A DNA stretch of 64,000 nucleotides, taken from Rubripirellula sp. GTDB lineage: Bacteria > Planctomycetota > Planctomycetia > Pirellulales > Pirellulaceae. Position numbers and translations under genes: made by a program. Shown one piece after another: positions 11,446 to 20,826 of the stretch (its first letter is position 1; every line of letters begins with the position of its first letter). The notes under the pieces are model-generated. The model made no database searches and was not told where the DNA came from. It worked only from the letters and a program-made list of their open reading frames with translations. The stretch covers positions 2,272,001 to 2,336,000 of the forward strand of contig OZ244207.1 in NCBI GenBank assembly GCA_965216875.1, read 5' to 3'.

Positions 11446-12219
11446 TTGGAGACAAACTTGCCTGAAGAGAAAGACCTCGAGAACGATTCACCCCGTGCTA
11501 GCGGACCGTCTCAACCTCTTGTTCATCAATGGGTGCTCGGTGGCATCACAGCTGCTGCCTCTCGCTTTATTCCGATCCCGTTTGTCGACGACATCGTCAA
11601 AACCCGTAGTCGCCAGTTTGTTGTCGCGCGAACATTGGCCGAACACAAATGTACCTTTCGCTCCAAACAACTCTTCGCAATCTACGGTGACACCGGCGGA
11701 TGCGTGTCGGGGTGCATCGGCTTTGTCATCATGCTCCCGGTCAAATTGCTTTTGTTCCCCATTCGCAAGATCGTCAAACTTGTGACCGCCGTCCATGGCG
11801 TCCCGATGGACCTGATTCGAACGGTGTTGATCGCCAAGACGGTTGATCGCTGCATTCGGCTCGGTTTGATCGAAACGACCGACGACCCGAACAGTGCAGC
11901 AAAAAGGGCGGTGCAGGCCACACATATTCGCGCTGCCTTTGATGAAGCCTTTCAAGGCATCGATTGGCTCGCCGTGCGGACGGCTCTTGGCGATGCGTTT
12001 TCACAGATGGATGGCTGGCGCCGCGCCGCGATTCGACTCGCCAAACGAGCGTTCCGCGGTAATGACAATCCGATCGATCCAATGTCGGGTGACGACGAAG
12101 TCAACGAGAGCGCCAAACAGATCGAAGCCATCCTGCGGAAGCCAGAGACGCTCGAGTTGCTGAAACGATTTGAAGAGCGATTTGACGCGGCCTTGGTCAT
12201 CGCGTCGAACCCCGCCTAA
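11446..12219 (+). CDS. Hypothetical protein
   Basis: 257-aa co-oriented ORF filling the gap; AAASRFIPIPFVDD motif; TTG start uncertain. Confidence 0.7.
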   Translation: METNLPEEKDLENDSPRASGPSQPLVHQWVLGGITAAASRFIPIPFVDDIVKTRSRQFVVARTLAEHKCTFRSKQLFAIYGDTGGCVSGCIGFVIMLPVKLLLFPIRKIVKLVTAVHGVPMDLIRTVLIAKTVDRCIRLGLIETTDDPNSAAKRAVQATHIRAAFDEAFQGIDWLAVRTALGDAFSQMDGWRRAAIRLAKRAFRGNDNPIDPMSGDDEVNESAKQIEAILRKPETLELLKRFEERFDAALVIASNPA

Positions 12220-12447
12220 GCTCTCCTGTTCTCAGGGCCTGCATTTCAAGGCACGCCCGGGCAAAACGCCTTGCTGAAAAGGCGTTTCTCAACCCAAAAA
12301 ATGCTCCTCCCGCAGCGCTCGGGGGGATAGCGCATCGGAGGGCGTTTGCAAGTACAATCTTGATCCACCACAGCGTCCCCGTTTGTGGCTCCCCGCCTCA
12401 CTTCACCTTCCTTCATGTTCCCCCCTCTTTGAGACATTGGAAACACA

Positions 12448-13755
12448 ATGAATCAAGTTGTACGCATCGCCGCAGCGGCATGTTTTCTTTTCACAGCATC
12501 AAGCAATCTGTTTGGTGAGAATCCACCCGAAGGCTTCACCGCAATCTTCGATGGCAAGACCATGGACGGCTGGAAAGCGCGACCGCACTTCAGCCCCATC
12601 AAGCTCGCCGCCATGTCCGACGAAGAGCGTCAGTCGAAAGAAGACGAATGGATGGCCGATGCCAAAAAGCATTGGACAGTCGAGAATGGCGAGCTCGTCA
12701 ACGATGGACACGGCGCCTACCTCGTGACGGCGAACGACTACCGAGACTATGAGTTGATCCTCGAGTACAAGACCGTTGCACGTGCCGATAGCGGGATCTA
12801 TTTGAAGGGCAACCCACAAGTTCAAATCTGGGATTACACCGACCCCGGCAAATTTGGCATCGGAGCCAACCTTGGCAGTGGCGGCTTGTGGAACAACGGC
12901 AAAGGCGCGGCTGGCAAAGACCCGTTCGTGTTGGCAGACAAGCGATTTGGCGAGTGGAATCGTTTTCACATTCGCCAAGTTGGCGCACGAACCACGGTCT
13001 ATTTGAACGACCAATTGGTTGTCGACAACGCCGTTATGGAAAACTTCTGGGACCGCGAATCACCTCTGTTCGTCGAGGGCCCCATCGAATTGCAAACGCA
13101 CGGCGGAGAAATCCGCTGGCGCAACATCTGGATCAAAGAACTCTCGCCAGAAGAGGCCGCCTCCGCTTTAGCATCACACCAAGGGCAAGCGTTTCAGCCA
13201 GTCTTTAACGGCACCGACCTCACCGGCTGGCAAGGTGCAACCGACAGCTACGAAGTCGTCGAGGGTGCGATCCGATGCAAAAAGGGAACCGGCGGCTTGC
13301 TGCTAACCGAAAAGGAATATGGCAACTTTGTCGTGCGTCTTGAGTTCAAGTTGCCTCCGCATGGCAACAACGGATTGGCCATTCGCTCGTCCGGCAAGGG
13401 CGACCCAGCGTATTCAGCGATGTGCGAATTACAGGTTCTCGATTCGGAACACCCCGGTTACGCCAAACTAGATGATCGCCAGTACCATGGCAGCGCTTAC
13501 GGCATGGTTGCAGCGCGTCGCGGTTTCCTTCGCGAGCCGGGTCAGTGGAACTTCCAAGAGGTGACCGTCAATGGCAGCACGATCAAAGTAGAGCTAAACG
13601 GTTCGGTCATCCTCGACACCGACTTGGCAAACGTCAGCGAATACATGGGTGGCCGGCCCCATCCTGGAAAAGATCGCGACAAGGGATTCTTCGGGTTTGC
13701 CGGTCACGGCGACGCCGTCGAATTTCGAAACGTTTCGATCAAGGAATTGCCGTAA
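12448..13755 (+). CDS. Secreted DUF1080 (3-keto-disaccharide hydrolase-like) protein, two domains
   Basis: Signal peptide; two copies of the F.G..L.GW...DY.L.LE.K...NSG...W N.....G....V.LNG...G.I.LQ.HG..V.FRNI pattern. Confidence 0.9.
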   Translation: MNQVVRIAAAACFLFTASSNLFGENPPEGFTAIFDGKTMDGWKARPHFSPIKLAAMSDEERQSKEDEWMADAKKHWTVENGELVNDGHGAYLVTANDYRDYELILEYKTVARADSGIYLKGNPQVQIWDYTDPGKFGIGANLGSGGLWNNGKGAAGKDPFVLADKRFGEWNRFHIRQVGARTTVYLNDQLVVDNAVMENFWDRESPLFVEGPIELQTHGGEIRWRNIWIKELSPEEAASALASHQGQAFQPVFNGTDLTGWQGATDSYEVVEGAIRCKKGTGGLLLTEKEYGNFVVRLEFKLPPHGNNGLAIRSSGKGDPAYSAMCELQVLDSEHPGYAKLDDRQYHGSAYGMVAARRGFLREPGQWNFQEVTVNGSTIKVELNGSVILDTDLANVSEYMGGRPHPGKDRDKGFFGFAGHGDAVEFRNVSIKELP

Positions 13756-13837
13756 AGCAATTCGGTCGGCATTATCGAAGCCGAAATCGCGCATCCCTGT
13801 CTGGTACATTGCCGATGGGGATGCGTTTGGCATGAAT

Positions 13838-13900
13838 GTCGCCTTTCGCTCCGCGAAAGTAGCGTTTGCAAGCGCACCTTTTTGCAGAGCAAAAGGCGAT
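13838..13900. repeat. REP-like palindromic element (GTCGCCTTTCGCTCCGCGAAAG family)
   Basis: gtcgcctttcgctccgcgaaag...ctttttgcagagcaaaaggcga imperfect inverted repeat; the left arm matches the reverse complement of 28925-28949 at 23/25 positions. Confidence 0.8.
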
Positions 13901-13905
13901 TTTTT

Positions 13906-13965
13906 TGTACTCACGCGTCTTAGCGGAATGCGACACGATTCCGGCTAAAGCTCGGTACTACGAAC
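13906..13965. repeat. REP-like palindrome (GTAGTACC...TTTAGCCGGAAT family)
   Basis: ttagcggaat...attccggctaaagctcggtactac; a degenerate relative starts near 60283 (gtggtccctgccttcgccggaatcg). Confidence 0.6.
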
Positions 13966-14120
13966 GGGGCAGCCTCAACGTTCCCGCGCTTCAACGTGTG
14001 CCGCCTCTTCTTTCCCGCTGCGCACGAGACTAAAATCGCGACCAGCCGAAACGGGTTGGATTGACCGTCCAGGCCCCAAAAACACGCATCTCGTCACCAC
14101 TGCTGGAGTCACCCAGAGAA

Positions 14121-15902
14121 ATGTCACGCACTCTCGTCCTGTTGCTGCTAGCAACGATTGCCACGGTCACGGCTCGCCCCAACCTGGTGGCCGCCGAAAA
14201 GCCCAACGTCGTGATTGTGATGACCGATGACCAAGGTTACGGAGACCTCTCCTGCTTGGGCAATCCGATCCTCAAGACTCCGAAGATCGACGAACTCTTC
14301 GCCCAATCGGTTCGGCTCAAAGACTACCACGTTGCCCCAACCTGTTCGCCAACGCGCTGCGCGTTCCTGACCGGACATTGGACCAACCGTACCGGCGTTT
14401 GGCACACGATCATGGGCCGGTCGATGCTTCGTGAAAACGAAATCACGATGGGCCAAGTCTTCAAGGACAACGGCTACGCCACGGGTATGTTTGGCAAGTG
14501 GCATCTTGGCGACAATTACCCGTATCGCCCGGAAGATCGCGGCTTTACCGAAGTCATGCGTCATGGCGGCGGCGGCGTCGGACAGACACCTGACTACTGG
14601 GACAACGCCTATTTTGACGGAAGCTATTGGCACAACGGCGAACCAACTCCGGTCAAAGGATTCTGCACCGACGTCTTCTTCGATTACGCAAAGCAGTTCA
14701 TCAAGGATTCGAAGGACTCGGGAAAACCCTTCTTGGCCTACATTGCGACCAACGCTCCGCATGGCCCGATGCACTCGCCCGTTGGCTATAGCGAACCCTA
14801 TCAAGACCAAGGCAAGAACCTTGCCAACTTCTATGGCATGATTGCCAACATTGACGACAACGTTGGCAAGCTCCGCCAATTCCTTGCCGATCAAGGGCTG
14901 ACCGAAAACACGATCTTCATTTTCACGACCGACAACGGAACCTCTTCGGGGCACCGTGTCTTCAACGCCGGGATGCGTGGCAACAAGGGAAGTGAATACG
15001 ACGGGGGCCATCGTGTGCCCTTCTTCATGCATTGGCCCGCTGGCGACCTCGACGAGGCTCGCGACGTCGAGCCGATTACCGCCTACGTCGATGTGCTGCC
15101 AACGCTGATCGATCTCTGCAAAATCACCCCGCCCAGCGGTGTCAAATTCGACGGACGCTCGATCGCCCAATTGATCTACGGCGAATCCGACAAAGCTTGG
15201 CCCGATCGCATCCTCGTCACCGACTCACAGCGAGTGAAGGACCCGATCAAGTGGCGTAAGAGTTCGGTAATGACCACGCGTTGGCGTTTGATCAACGGCA
15301 AAGAGCTTTACGACATCAAAGCCGACCCGAGCCAAACGACCGATATCGCTGAAGCGCATCCCGATGTCGTGTCGAAGTTGACCGGCTTTTATGAAGATTG
15401 GTGGACGGAGCTTGAGCCAACCTTTTCCAACGCGACCTCGATCTACCTTGGCCATCCTGATGCAAACCCCGTGACTCTGACATCGCACGACTGGATCACC
15501 ACGGGCTCAACCCCCTGGAACCAGGCTCACATCCGCAAAGCGGTCACCGGCAAGAAGAACACGGGGTTCTGGTACGTGAAAGTTGTCGAAGACGGTACCT
15601 ATGAAGTCCGTTTGCGTCGTTGGCCTCAGGAAGCTGATCTGCCGATTGACGCGCCACTAGCTAAGGGAGCTCCCGTGCCGGGCGTTGACGCGTTTCGAAC
15701 TGCGGCGGGCGTAAGTATCAAGGCCAACAAAGCGACGCTCAAAATCGGCGACGTGTCCGAGTCGGGCTCCGTGCCCGCAGGCGCAAAAGAGGTTAAGTTT
15801 GAAGTCGAGTTGAGGGCCGGCACGACGCAGATGGAGGCGTTATTCGAAACCGCTGATGGGAAAACCTACGGTGCCTACTACGCCTACGTCACCAAGAAAT
15901 AG
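14121..15902 (+). CDS. Arylsulfatase (formylglycine-dependent, S1 family), secreted
   Basis: Signal peptide; KPNVVIVMTDDQGYGD; CSPTRCAFLTG sulfatase signature; GKWHLG; FTTDNG. Confidence 0.95.
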   Translation: MSRTLVLLLLATIATVTARPNLVAAEKPNVVIVMTDDQGYGDLSCLGNPILKTPKIDELFAQSVRLKDYHVAPTCSPTRCAFLTGHWTNRTGVWHTIMGRSMLRENEITMGQVFKDNGYATGMFGKWHLGDNYPYRPEDRGFTEVMRHGGGGVGQTPDYWDNAYFDGSYWHNGEPTPVKGFCTDVFFDYAKQFIKDSKDSGKPFLAYIATNAPHGPMHSPVGYSEPYQDQGKNLANFYGMIANIDDNVGKLRQFLADQGLTENTIFIFTTDNGTSSGHRVFNAGMRGNKGSEYDGGHRVPFFMHWPAGDLDEARDVEPITAYVDVLPTLIDLCKITPPSGVKFDGRSIAQLIYGESDKAWPDRILVTDSQRVKDPIKWRKSSVMTTRWRLINGKELYDIKADPSQTTDIAEAHPDVVSKLTGFYEDWWTELEPTFSNATSIYLGHPDANPVTLTSHDWITTGSTPWNQAHIRKAVTGKKNTGFWYVKVVEDGTYEVRLRRWPQEADLPIDAPLAKGAPVPGVDAFRTAAGVSIKANKATLKIGDVSESGSVPAGAKEVKFEVELRAGTTQMEALFETADGKTYGAYYAYVTKK

Positions 15903-16368
15903 GCGAGCCCCGATTCGACCTTCCCTTAGCAAAGTCGCATGCAGCGCGGTGGTGCTGCTTGCGGTTGGCTGCGGAGCGCCCGATCGCTGCGCGCTGAGCG
16001 GGACCGTAACGCTTGACGGTGAAGCAGTCGCTCGCGGTACGCTCCGATACATGCCAGCCGAAGGCGAAGAAGGTCCCACAGCAATGGCGGTGGTCACCGG
16101 TGGCAAGTACACCTTCACCGCGCTGACCGGGCCTCCGGCGGGTGAATACGAGTTCGTCTTGCGGTCGCATTCGTCAGGCAGCGGCAACACGTCCATTGCC
16201 CCAGAAGACCGGTCTGGCCAAGGCGCAAAGAGTGGGCCATCCAACACTCGCCGCAGCTTCACTGAGCCTGTCAAACCGCCCAGCAAGCAGACTCTGAAGA
16301 TTCAATACGAGGTCACCGACACGCGCAACCTCAACAAAGATTTTGCCTTTACCACCGATGGTGCCTAG
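15856..16368 (+). CDS. Planctomycete lipoprotein (carboxypeptidase-regulatory/transthyretin-like fold), typical partner of DUF1559 genes; start uncertain
   Basis: Lipobox LAVGC followed by SGTVTLDGE.V..G.L.Y.P......GKY......GPPAGEY. Confidence 0.75.
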   Translation: MGKPTVPTTPTSPRNRRAPIRPSLSKVACSAVVLLAVGCGAPDRCALSGTVTLDGEAVARGTLRYMPAEGEEGPTAMAVVTGGKYTFTALTGPPAGEYEFVLRSHSSGSGNTSIAPEDRSGQGAKSGPSNTRRSFTEPVKPPSKQTLKIQYEVTDTRNLNKDFAFTTDGA

Positions 16369-16410
16369 GATTCCTTCGCACACCCCCGCTGGCGAGGTTA
16401 TCCTGGGCTC

Positions 16411-17346
16411 ATGCACGCGTCCCACCTAACGTTTCAACGCGTCCGTCGTGGCTTCACTCTCGTTGAGTTGCTCGTGGTCATTACGATCATCGGCATCCTG
16501 CTGGGATTGTTGTTGCCCGCCGTCCAGGCCGCCCGCGAAGCGGCTCGTAAGACGAGTTGTTCAAACAACCTCAAGCAGTATTCGCTCGGGCTTCAGAACT
16601 ATCATTCGGCGTTCAAAGTCTTTCCCTCGGGAAGCTATCACTCGACACCGAATTCGTATTCGTGGGGGATGGTTTCGCAAGTGCTTCCGTACATCGAGGA
16701 AAGCGCGAAGTTTGATTCGATTGACTTCTCACAGTGGCACTGTGGCGACCACATCAAGGAGCTGCAGGCGATTGGGGCGAACGACCCCTCGTCGTCTCCG
16801 ATCGAGATCCTGCAATGTCCAAGTGACCCGGCAAGCGGGCGCTCACTCTTGAGTGGCCCCAATGGACCATTGCCTCTTTCAGGTGATGCCGGTGTCCTTT
16901 ACCCGATCGATTATGTCGGCATCGCCGGCAGCAACGACACTGAATTCGGAAACGATTTCACTGGGTGCGCCGGTATCCTGGACGGAAACGGGATGTACTA
17001 CAGCCGAAGCATGACGCGTTTTCGCGATGTACTCGATGGTGCGTCCAATACGATCGCCGTGGGTGAACGGGCGATTCCAAGAGACCTTGGTTGGGGCTGG
17101 CCCATCTGCGGCGGCCACGAGTGCGAGCACTACATTTCTTCTGCACTCGGCTTGTTCATGGGAAACCACCTCGACGCGGAATACGCACTCCACATTCAAC
17201 ATCTGTGGAGTTGGCACCCGGGCGGTACCCATATCACGATGGTCGATGGAAGCGTCCACTTCATCAGCTACAGCATGGACCACCAGACCTATCTCGATCT
17301 CACGACCCGCGCCGGCAAAGAACGAATCACCTACGATTTCAACTAG
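16411..17346 (+). CDS. DUF1559 prepilin-type N-terminal cleavage/methylation domain protein
   Basis: RRGFTLVELLVVITIIGILLGLLLPAVQAAREAARKTSCSNNLKQ...; DGASNT; C-terminal HPGG..(H-X9-DG)..DGSVHF. Confidence 0.96.
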   Translation: MHASHLTFQRVRRGFTLVELLVVITIIGILLGLLLPAVQAAREAARKTSCSNNLKQYSLGLQNYHSAFKVFPSGSYHSTPNSYSWGMVSQVLPYIEESAKFDSIDFSQWHCGDHIKELQAIGANDPSSSPIEILQCPSDPASGRSLLSGPNGPLPLSGDAGVLYPIDYVGIAGSNDTEFGNDFTGCAGILDGNGMYYSRSMTRFRDVLDGASNTIAVGERAIPRDLGWGWPICGGHECEHYISSALGLFMGNHLDAEYALHIQHLWSWHPGGTHITMVDGSVHFISYSMDHQTYLDLTTRAGKERITYDFN

Positions 17347-17465
17347 GACTTCTTGCGTGGCCGGGATTATGGCCCGGCCCATCATGCGACTCGCGGCTCA
17401 TCCATTGCGCGTTCTCTTATCCGTGTGATTCGTTTGACCCGTGGTTCCTTCTTTGCTGTTTCCGC

Positions 17466-19319
17466 TCACGCACGCATCGCTGTCCAAACCTGCTGTGCAG
17501 CATCGAGATCGTTTTGCGACGCCTTTCCCCGTCCGTACACAATTCGGTTGTAGGAATCGACCACCTTTGCCGCTGGCGCCGAAACGGTGGGAACCGACTT
17601 CGATATCCGCTGGATGAACTCACTCGGCGTCTCATCCTTGCCGCGCGTTGCACCCTGCTCACGGCTCCACGCCTCAAACGCTTGGAAGGTGATGACAACG
17701 ATGCGCCTCGGGTCCTTTTCCAGTCCGAAGGGGTTGCGATAGGAGGCAAAGGGTTTGGGAGGTGCTCTGCTATCGGTCTCGATGAGATCGCGGAGCGTTC
17801 CCTGTTTTGATTCCGGTTCTCGTTGCCCCCACGAGAGCAGGTTGCGAAAGAACTCAGCAATCGCATCACGGTTGATCCAAAGGTACGCGCCGACAATGCC
17901 AATCAGCAGCAGGAAGATGAGCGCTTTGAAAAACCCGCCGAGGGCCTCGGGGAATTCACTCGGCAAGCTCGTTTGCTTTGCATCAGCCGATTGCGATTGC
18001 GATTCTTGCTGCTGTTGACTCTCGGCGCCATCGGCGTCGTTTTCATCAGGATTATTCTCCTGGTCCAGCGGCGTTGGCGAAGCATCCTGCTTTTCAGCCG
18101 CTTCGACATCGTCGCCTTGTTTGGGACTTTCCGGCGAATTGGATTCGTCGCCACTTTCCTGCGCGTTGTCAGCCGATTGCGAGGATTCACCCTGCTGGCC
18201 CGACTCGCCCTCGCCGCCATCCTCCCCATTGGCTTGAGACGATTCCTGGGATTGGTTATGTTGCGACTGACTTCCCTGTTGTTGAGATTCCGATTCACCT
18301 TTGCCGTTGTCTTTGGATTGCTGGTCTCCGCCGCCGGACTTTTCACCACCCTTTTGCTGGCCGGCTGGACCGTCCTCGCGATCACCATCCGCGGCGTTTC
18401 CTGCTTCCGCACCGCGTTGCGTACGAATGCTCTGAATCTCTTTTCCTTGCTGGTTCGGATCGTTGGCGGTCGTTGATGCGCCCGGGGCGCCTTTGTCAGC
18501 CGCATCTTCTCCCCAGCCAAAGCGACTCGCTTCGGTATCGCTAGGCGAATCGAGAAATTCAAATTCAGGAACTTTGAACGATGCGATCGCACGTCCAGGC
18601 AGGGGCGCGAGGTAACCGATCGTCAGAATCGCGCCAATCAAAATCAGGCCGCCGGCGAGCCAAGCAATCGACACGTCCTTGGGCATGTCGACATGGCGTT
18701 GACGCAAGTAACGGCGCAGACCGAGAAAGCTCGTCGTCACCAACAGCGAGAGGCTCGAAAAGAGATAGAACGCGAGCAGGAACTGAGCACGCTGCCAAGT
18801 GTGTTGGTCATCACGCAGAAGGAATTGTCCAATCCCAAACAGCGGTAACGCGGCAAGAGCCAAATAGAGCACGGTTCGGCCCGGCTGGTTTTGCCCTTTG
18901 CCCGCCTTGGTTCGCACCGGCTGTGCATCATCCTCTGCGATCTCGTCCGACTCGATCTTCTTCTTGACGAACATGCGTCCTGAATCGATCAAACCTTGTC
19001 CGCTCGAATCAACGGATTCGTCGATCAGCGTGCAGTCATGGACAATGCGATCGGCCAAGACAGCGATCAGAATCAGGATAAAGCCTGAGAAAATCGGCGA
19101 GTTCACGTAGCGCAGCATCGCTATGAAAGCGACGATGCCAAGCAATCCCGCATAGCCCATGGCCGTCGAGCGATCTTTTTCGATCGAGACGCGTGCAATG
19201 CCGACGGTGCCGAGCGTGAAAAAGACGAGTGTCCACGCCAGCTTGAAAGGTTGGCCACCGTGATAAAAGACCAACATTAAGAAGTTTGCCAGACTGCTGA
19301 TCATGGCAAAGATCAGCAA
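17466..19319 (-). CDS. Multi-TM membrane protein with a low-complexity linker and C-terminal DUF4129-like domain (true start probably upstream, see findings)
   Basis: About 8 TM helices, a Q/S/E/G/D-rich ~200-aa linker, a further TM, then FEAWSREQG..RGKDETPSEF....YNRIVYG. Confidence 0.82.
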   Translation of the reverse strand: MLIFAMISSLANFLMLVFYHGGQPFKLAWTLVFFTLGTVGIARVSIEKDRSTAMGYAGLLGIVAFIAMLRYVNSPIFSGFILILIAVLADRIVHDCTLIDESVDSSGQGLIDSGRMFVKKKIESDEIAEDDAQPVRTKAGKGQNQPGRTVLYLALAALPLFGIGQFLLRDDQHTWQRAQFLLAFYLFSSLSLLVTTSFLGLRRYLRQRHVDMPKDVSIAWLAGGLILIGAILTIGYLAPLPGRAIASFKVPEFEFLDSPSDTEASRFGWGEDAADKGAPGASTTANDPNQQGKEIQSIRTQRGAEAGNAADGDREDGPAGQQKGGEKSGGGDQQSKDNGKGESESQQQGSQSQHNQSQESSQANGEDGGEGESGQQGESSQSADNAQESGDESNSPESPKQGDDVEAAEKQDASPTPLDQENNPDENDADGAESQQQQESQSQSADAKQTSLPSEFPEALGGFFKALIFLLLIGIVGAYLWINRDAIAEFFRNLLSWGQREPESKQGTLRDLIETDSRAPPKPFASYRNPFGLEKDPRRIVVITFQAFEAWSREQGATRGKDETPSEFIQRISKSVPTVSAPAAKVVDSYNRIVYGRGKASQNDLDAAQQVWTAMRA

Positions 19320-19379
19320 CGGTGCGATCGCGATCGCGGCGTAGTCGGCAGCGGTCTTGGGGCGCGTGTCTACAATCGC

Positions 19380-19610
19380 TTATGACTCTTTGTTTTCATC
19401 ATCGGGATGCGACTCTCGCCAACGCTTCATGGCGGGACCGATTGAGTTCATCGGGACCCACTTGCCACGTGTTTTCGAGCTTTGCAGTAGTGTGTCGGGC
19501 GAGATCTTGCCTTGATCAATGCGTAGTAGCAAGTCCGCCTCAGAAATCGGTCCTACACGACGACCTTTGCGGAGCCACCCGCTCGCCATGTAGTACCAGC
19601 CCGCTCCCAT
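19380..19610 (-). CDS. GYF_2 / DUF4339 domain protein
   Basis: MGAGWYY...VGPISEADL...IDQGKISPDTLL......W; ATG 19610 preceded by GGAGAAG. Confidence 0.8.
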   Translation of the reverse strand: MGAGWYYMASGWLRKGRRVGPISEADLLLRIDQGKISPDTLLQSSKTRGKWVPMNSIGPAMKRWRESHPDDENKES

Positions 19611-19869
19611 CGTCACTTCTCCCGATTGGCGGATCGAATTGACAGCCTCATCCCATCCCAATTGCCATCGTTGGTCGCAATGACGCCTCAGTTTCGCTTC
19701 GGTGCTTAGCTGAGATTGGGGGTGGAACGAGATTTCAAACGTTCTGTCTAGTTTAACGTCGCGTTGCGACAACCAAAAAGGCTTTTATCGCACTTTTCGG
19801 CACAATCCGAACCGCTAATTGGGAGATAAAGCGGGGATCGGCGGGCGTTTATCGTACCAACCGCGCCGC

Positions 19870-20640
19870 TTACCAGCGTCCACTGCCGCGGTCGTTGCCG
19901 ACAATCTGCTGTGCCTCTGGGCTAATCCCGTAGGCAAGGTCGGGCTGGTTCAGTTCCAGAAAGACCGTGTACTTCTGGTGGACGGCATCGGAGTAAACGA
20001 CGGGCGCATGGGAAAGACGCAGAAAATGCACCGGCTGGCCGTTCCATCGACGAGTCAGCACGCCCGCTTCCAAAGTCGGTTCTTTCGCCAGGCCGTAGTG
20101 CTGAGTCATGGAATTGACCAGCGTTGTCGGATTGCCGGTGAACCCATGAATCGTAACACGTTGTAACTGATGCTTGTGGTCGAAGTAGTAGGTGAGCGTT
20201 CCGGCGATATCGCTCGCCCCCGTTCCCGTCACGATCGGCACACGCAACGCTTCCAGATGCAAGTCCGCCAAGACGGTGCTGACGCGCGAGAATCGATTGA
20301 TCACCCATTGGGGCGAGATGTCAAATCGCAAGATCTCGCGGATGTCGTGAATCGGTTGCCCAACCAGGGTCGGCTGGTCGGACCGGCCGGCTGGAAGGCC
20401 ACCGAGTCTTGCGGCGACTTCTTTGTCGTAGCGAAACCGCGAGCCATCGACTTCCCGCAGGTTCTCGACGTCGTGTAGCGCGTTGTCAGTCTCACTGTAG
20501 CGCACCGGTGTCAGCGTCGAATCGGACAGGGTGCCCGTGATTGACGAAACAGTGTCACGGCCAACGTCGGTTTGAGTCGCAACATAAGGCGTGCCGGCAA
20601 GCGCGCCTGCGAGTGCGATCGTGCGAATGCGAGGGATCAT
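19870..20640 (-). CDS. Planctomycete conserved protein (DUF6690-like)
   Basis: N-terminal hydrophobic segment; RVPIVTGT...DIAGTLTYYFD....LQRVT..GFTGNP motif recalled from planctomycete proteins; family name tentative. Confidence 0.7.
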   Translation of the reverse strand: MIPRIRTIALAGALAGTPYVATQTDVGRDTVSSITGTLSDSTLTPVRYSETDNALHDVENLREVDGSRFRYDKEVAARLGGLPAGRSDQPTLVGQPIHDIREILRFDISPQWVINRFSRVSTVLADLHLEALRVPIVTGTGASDIAGTLTYYFDHKHQLQRVTIHGFTGNPTTLVNSMTQHYGLAKEPTLEAGVLTRRWNGQPVHFLRLSHAPVVYSDAVHQKYTVFLELNQPDLAYGISPEAQQIVGNDRGSGRW

Positions 20641-20826
20641 GGTTTTCTTTGCGATCAATCTGGGAAGGACGGAGAGACGCATTTTCTCTCTTCGGTTTCG
20701 GACTCACCTGGAGTTGCGATGGGATCTTGGTACAGTTGCGATCGCTAGGACTGATACCGGCCGCACAAACCGCGTCAGCCTCCCTTCGATCTCAAACCCT
20801 CCGCCCCTCGTGCTGAATGCCCTCTC

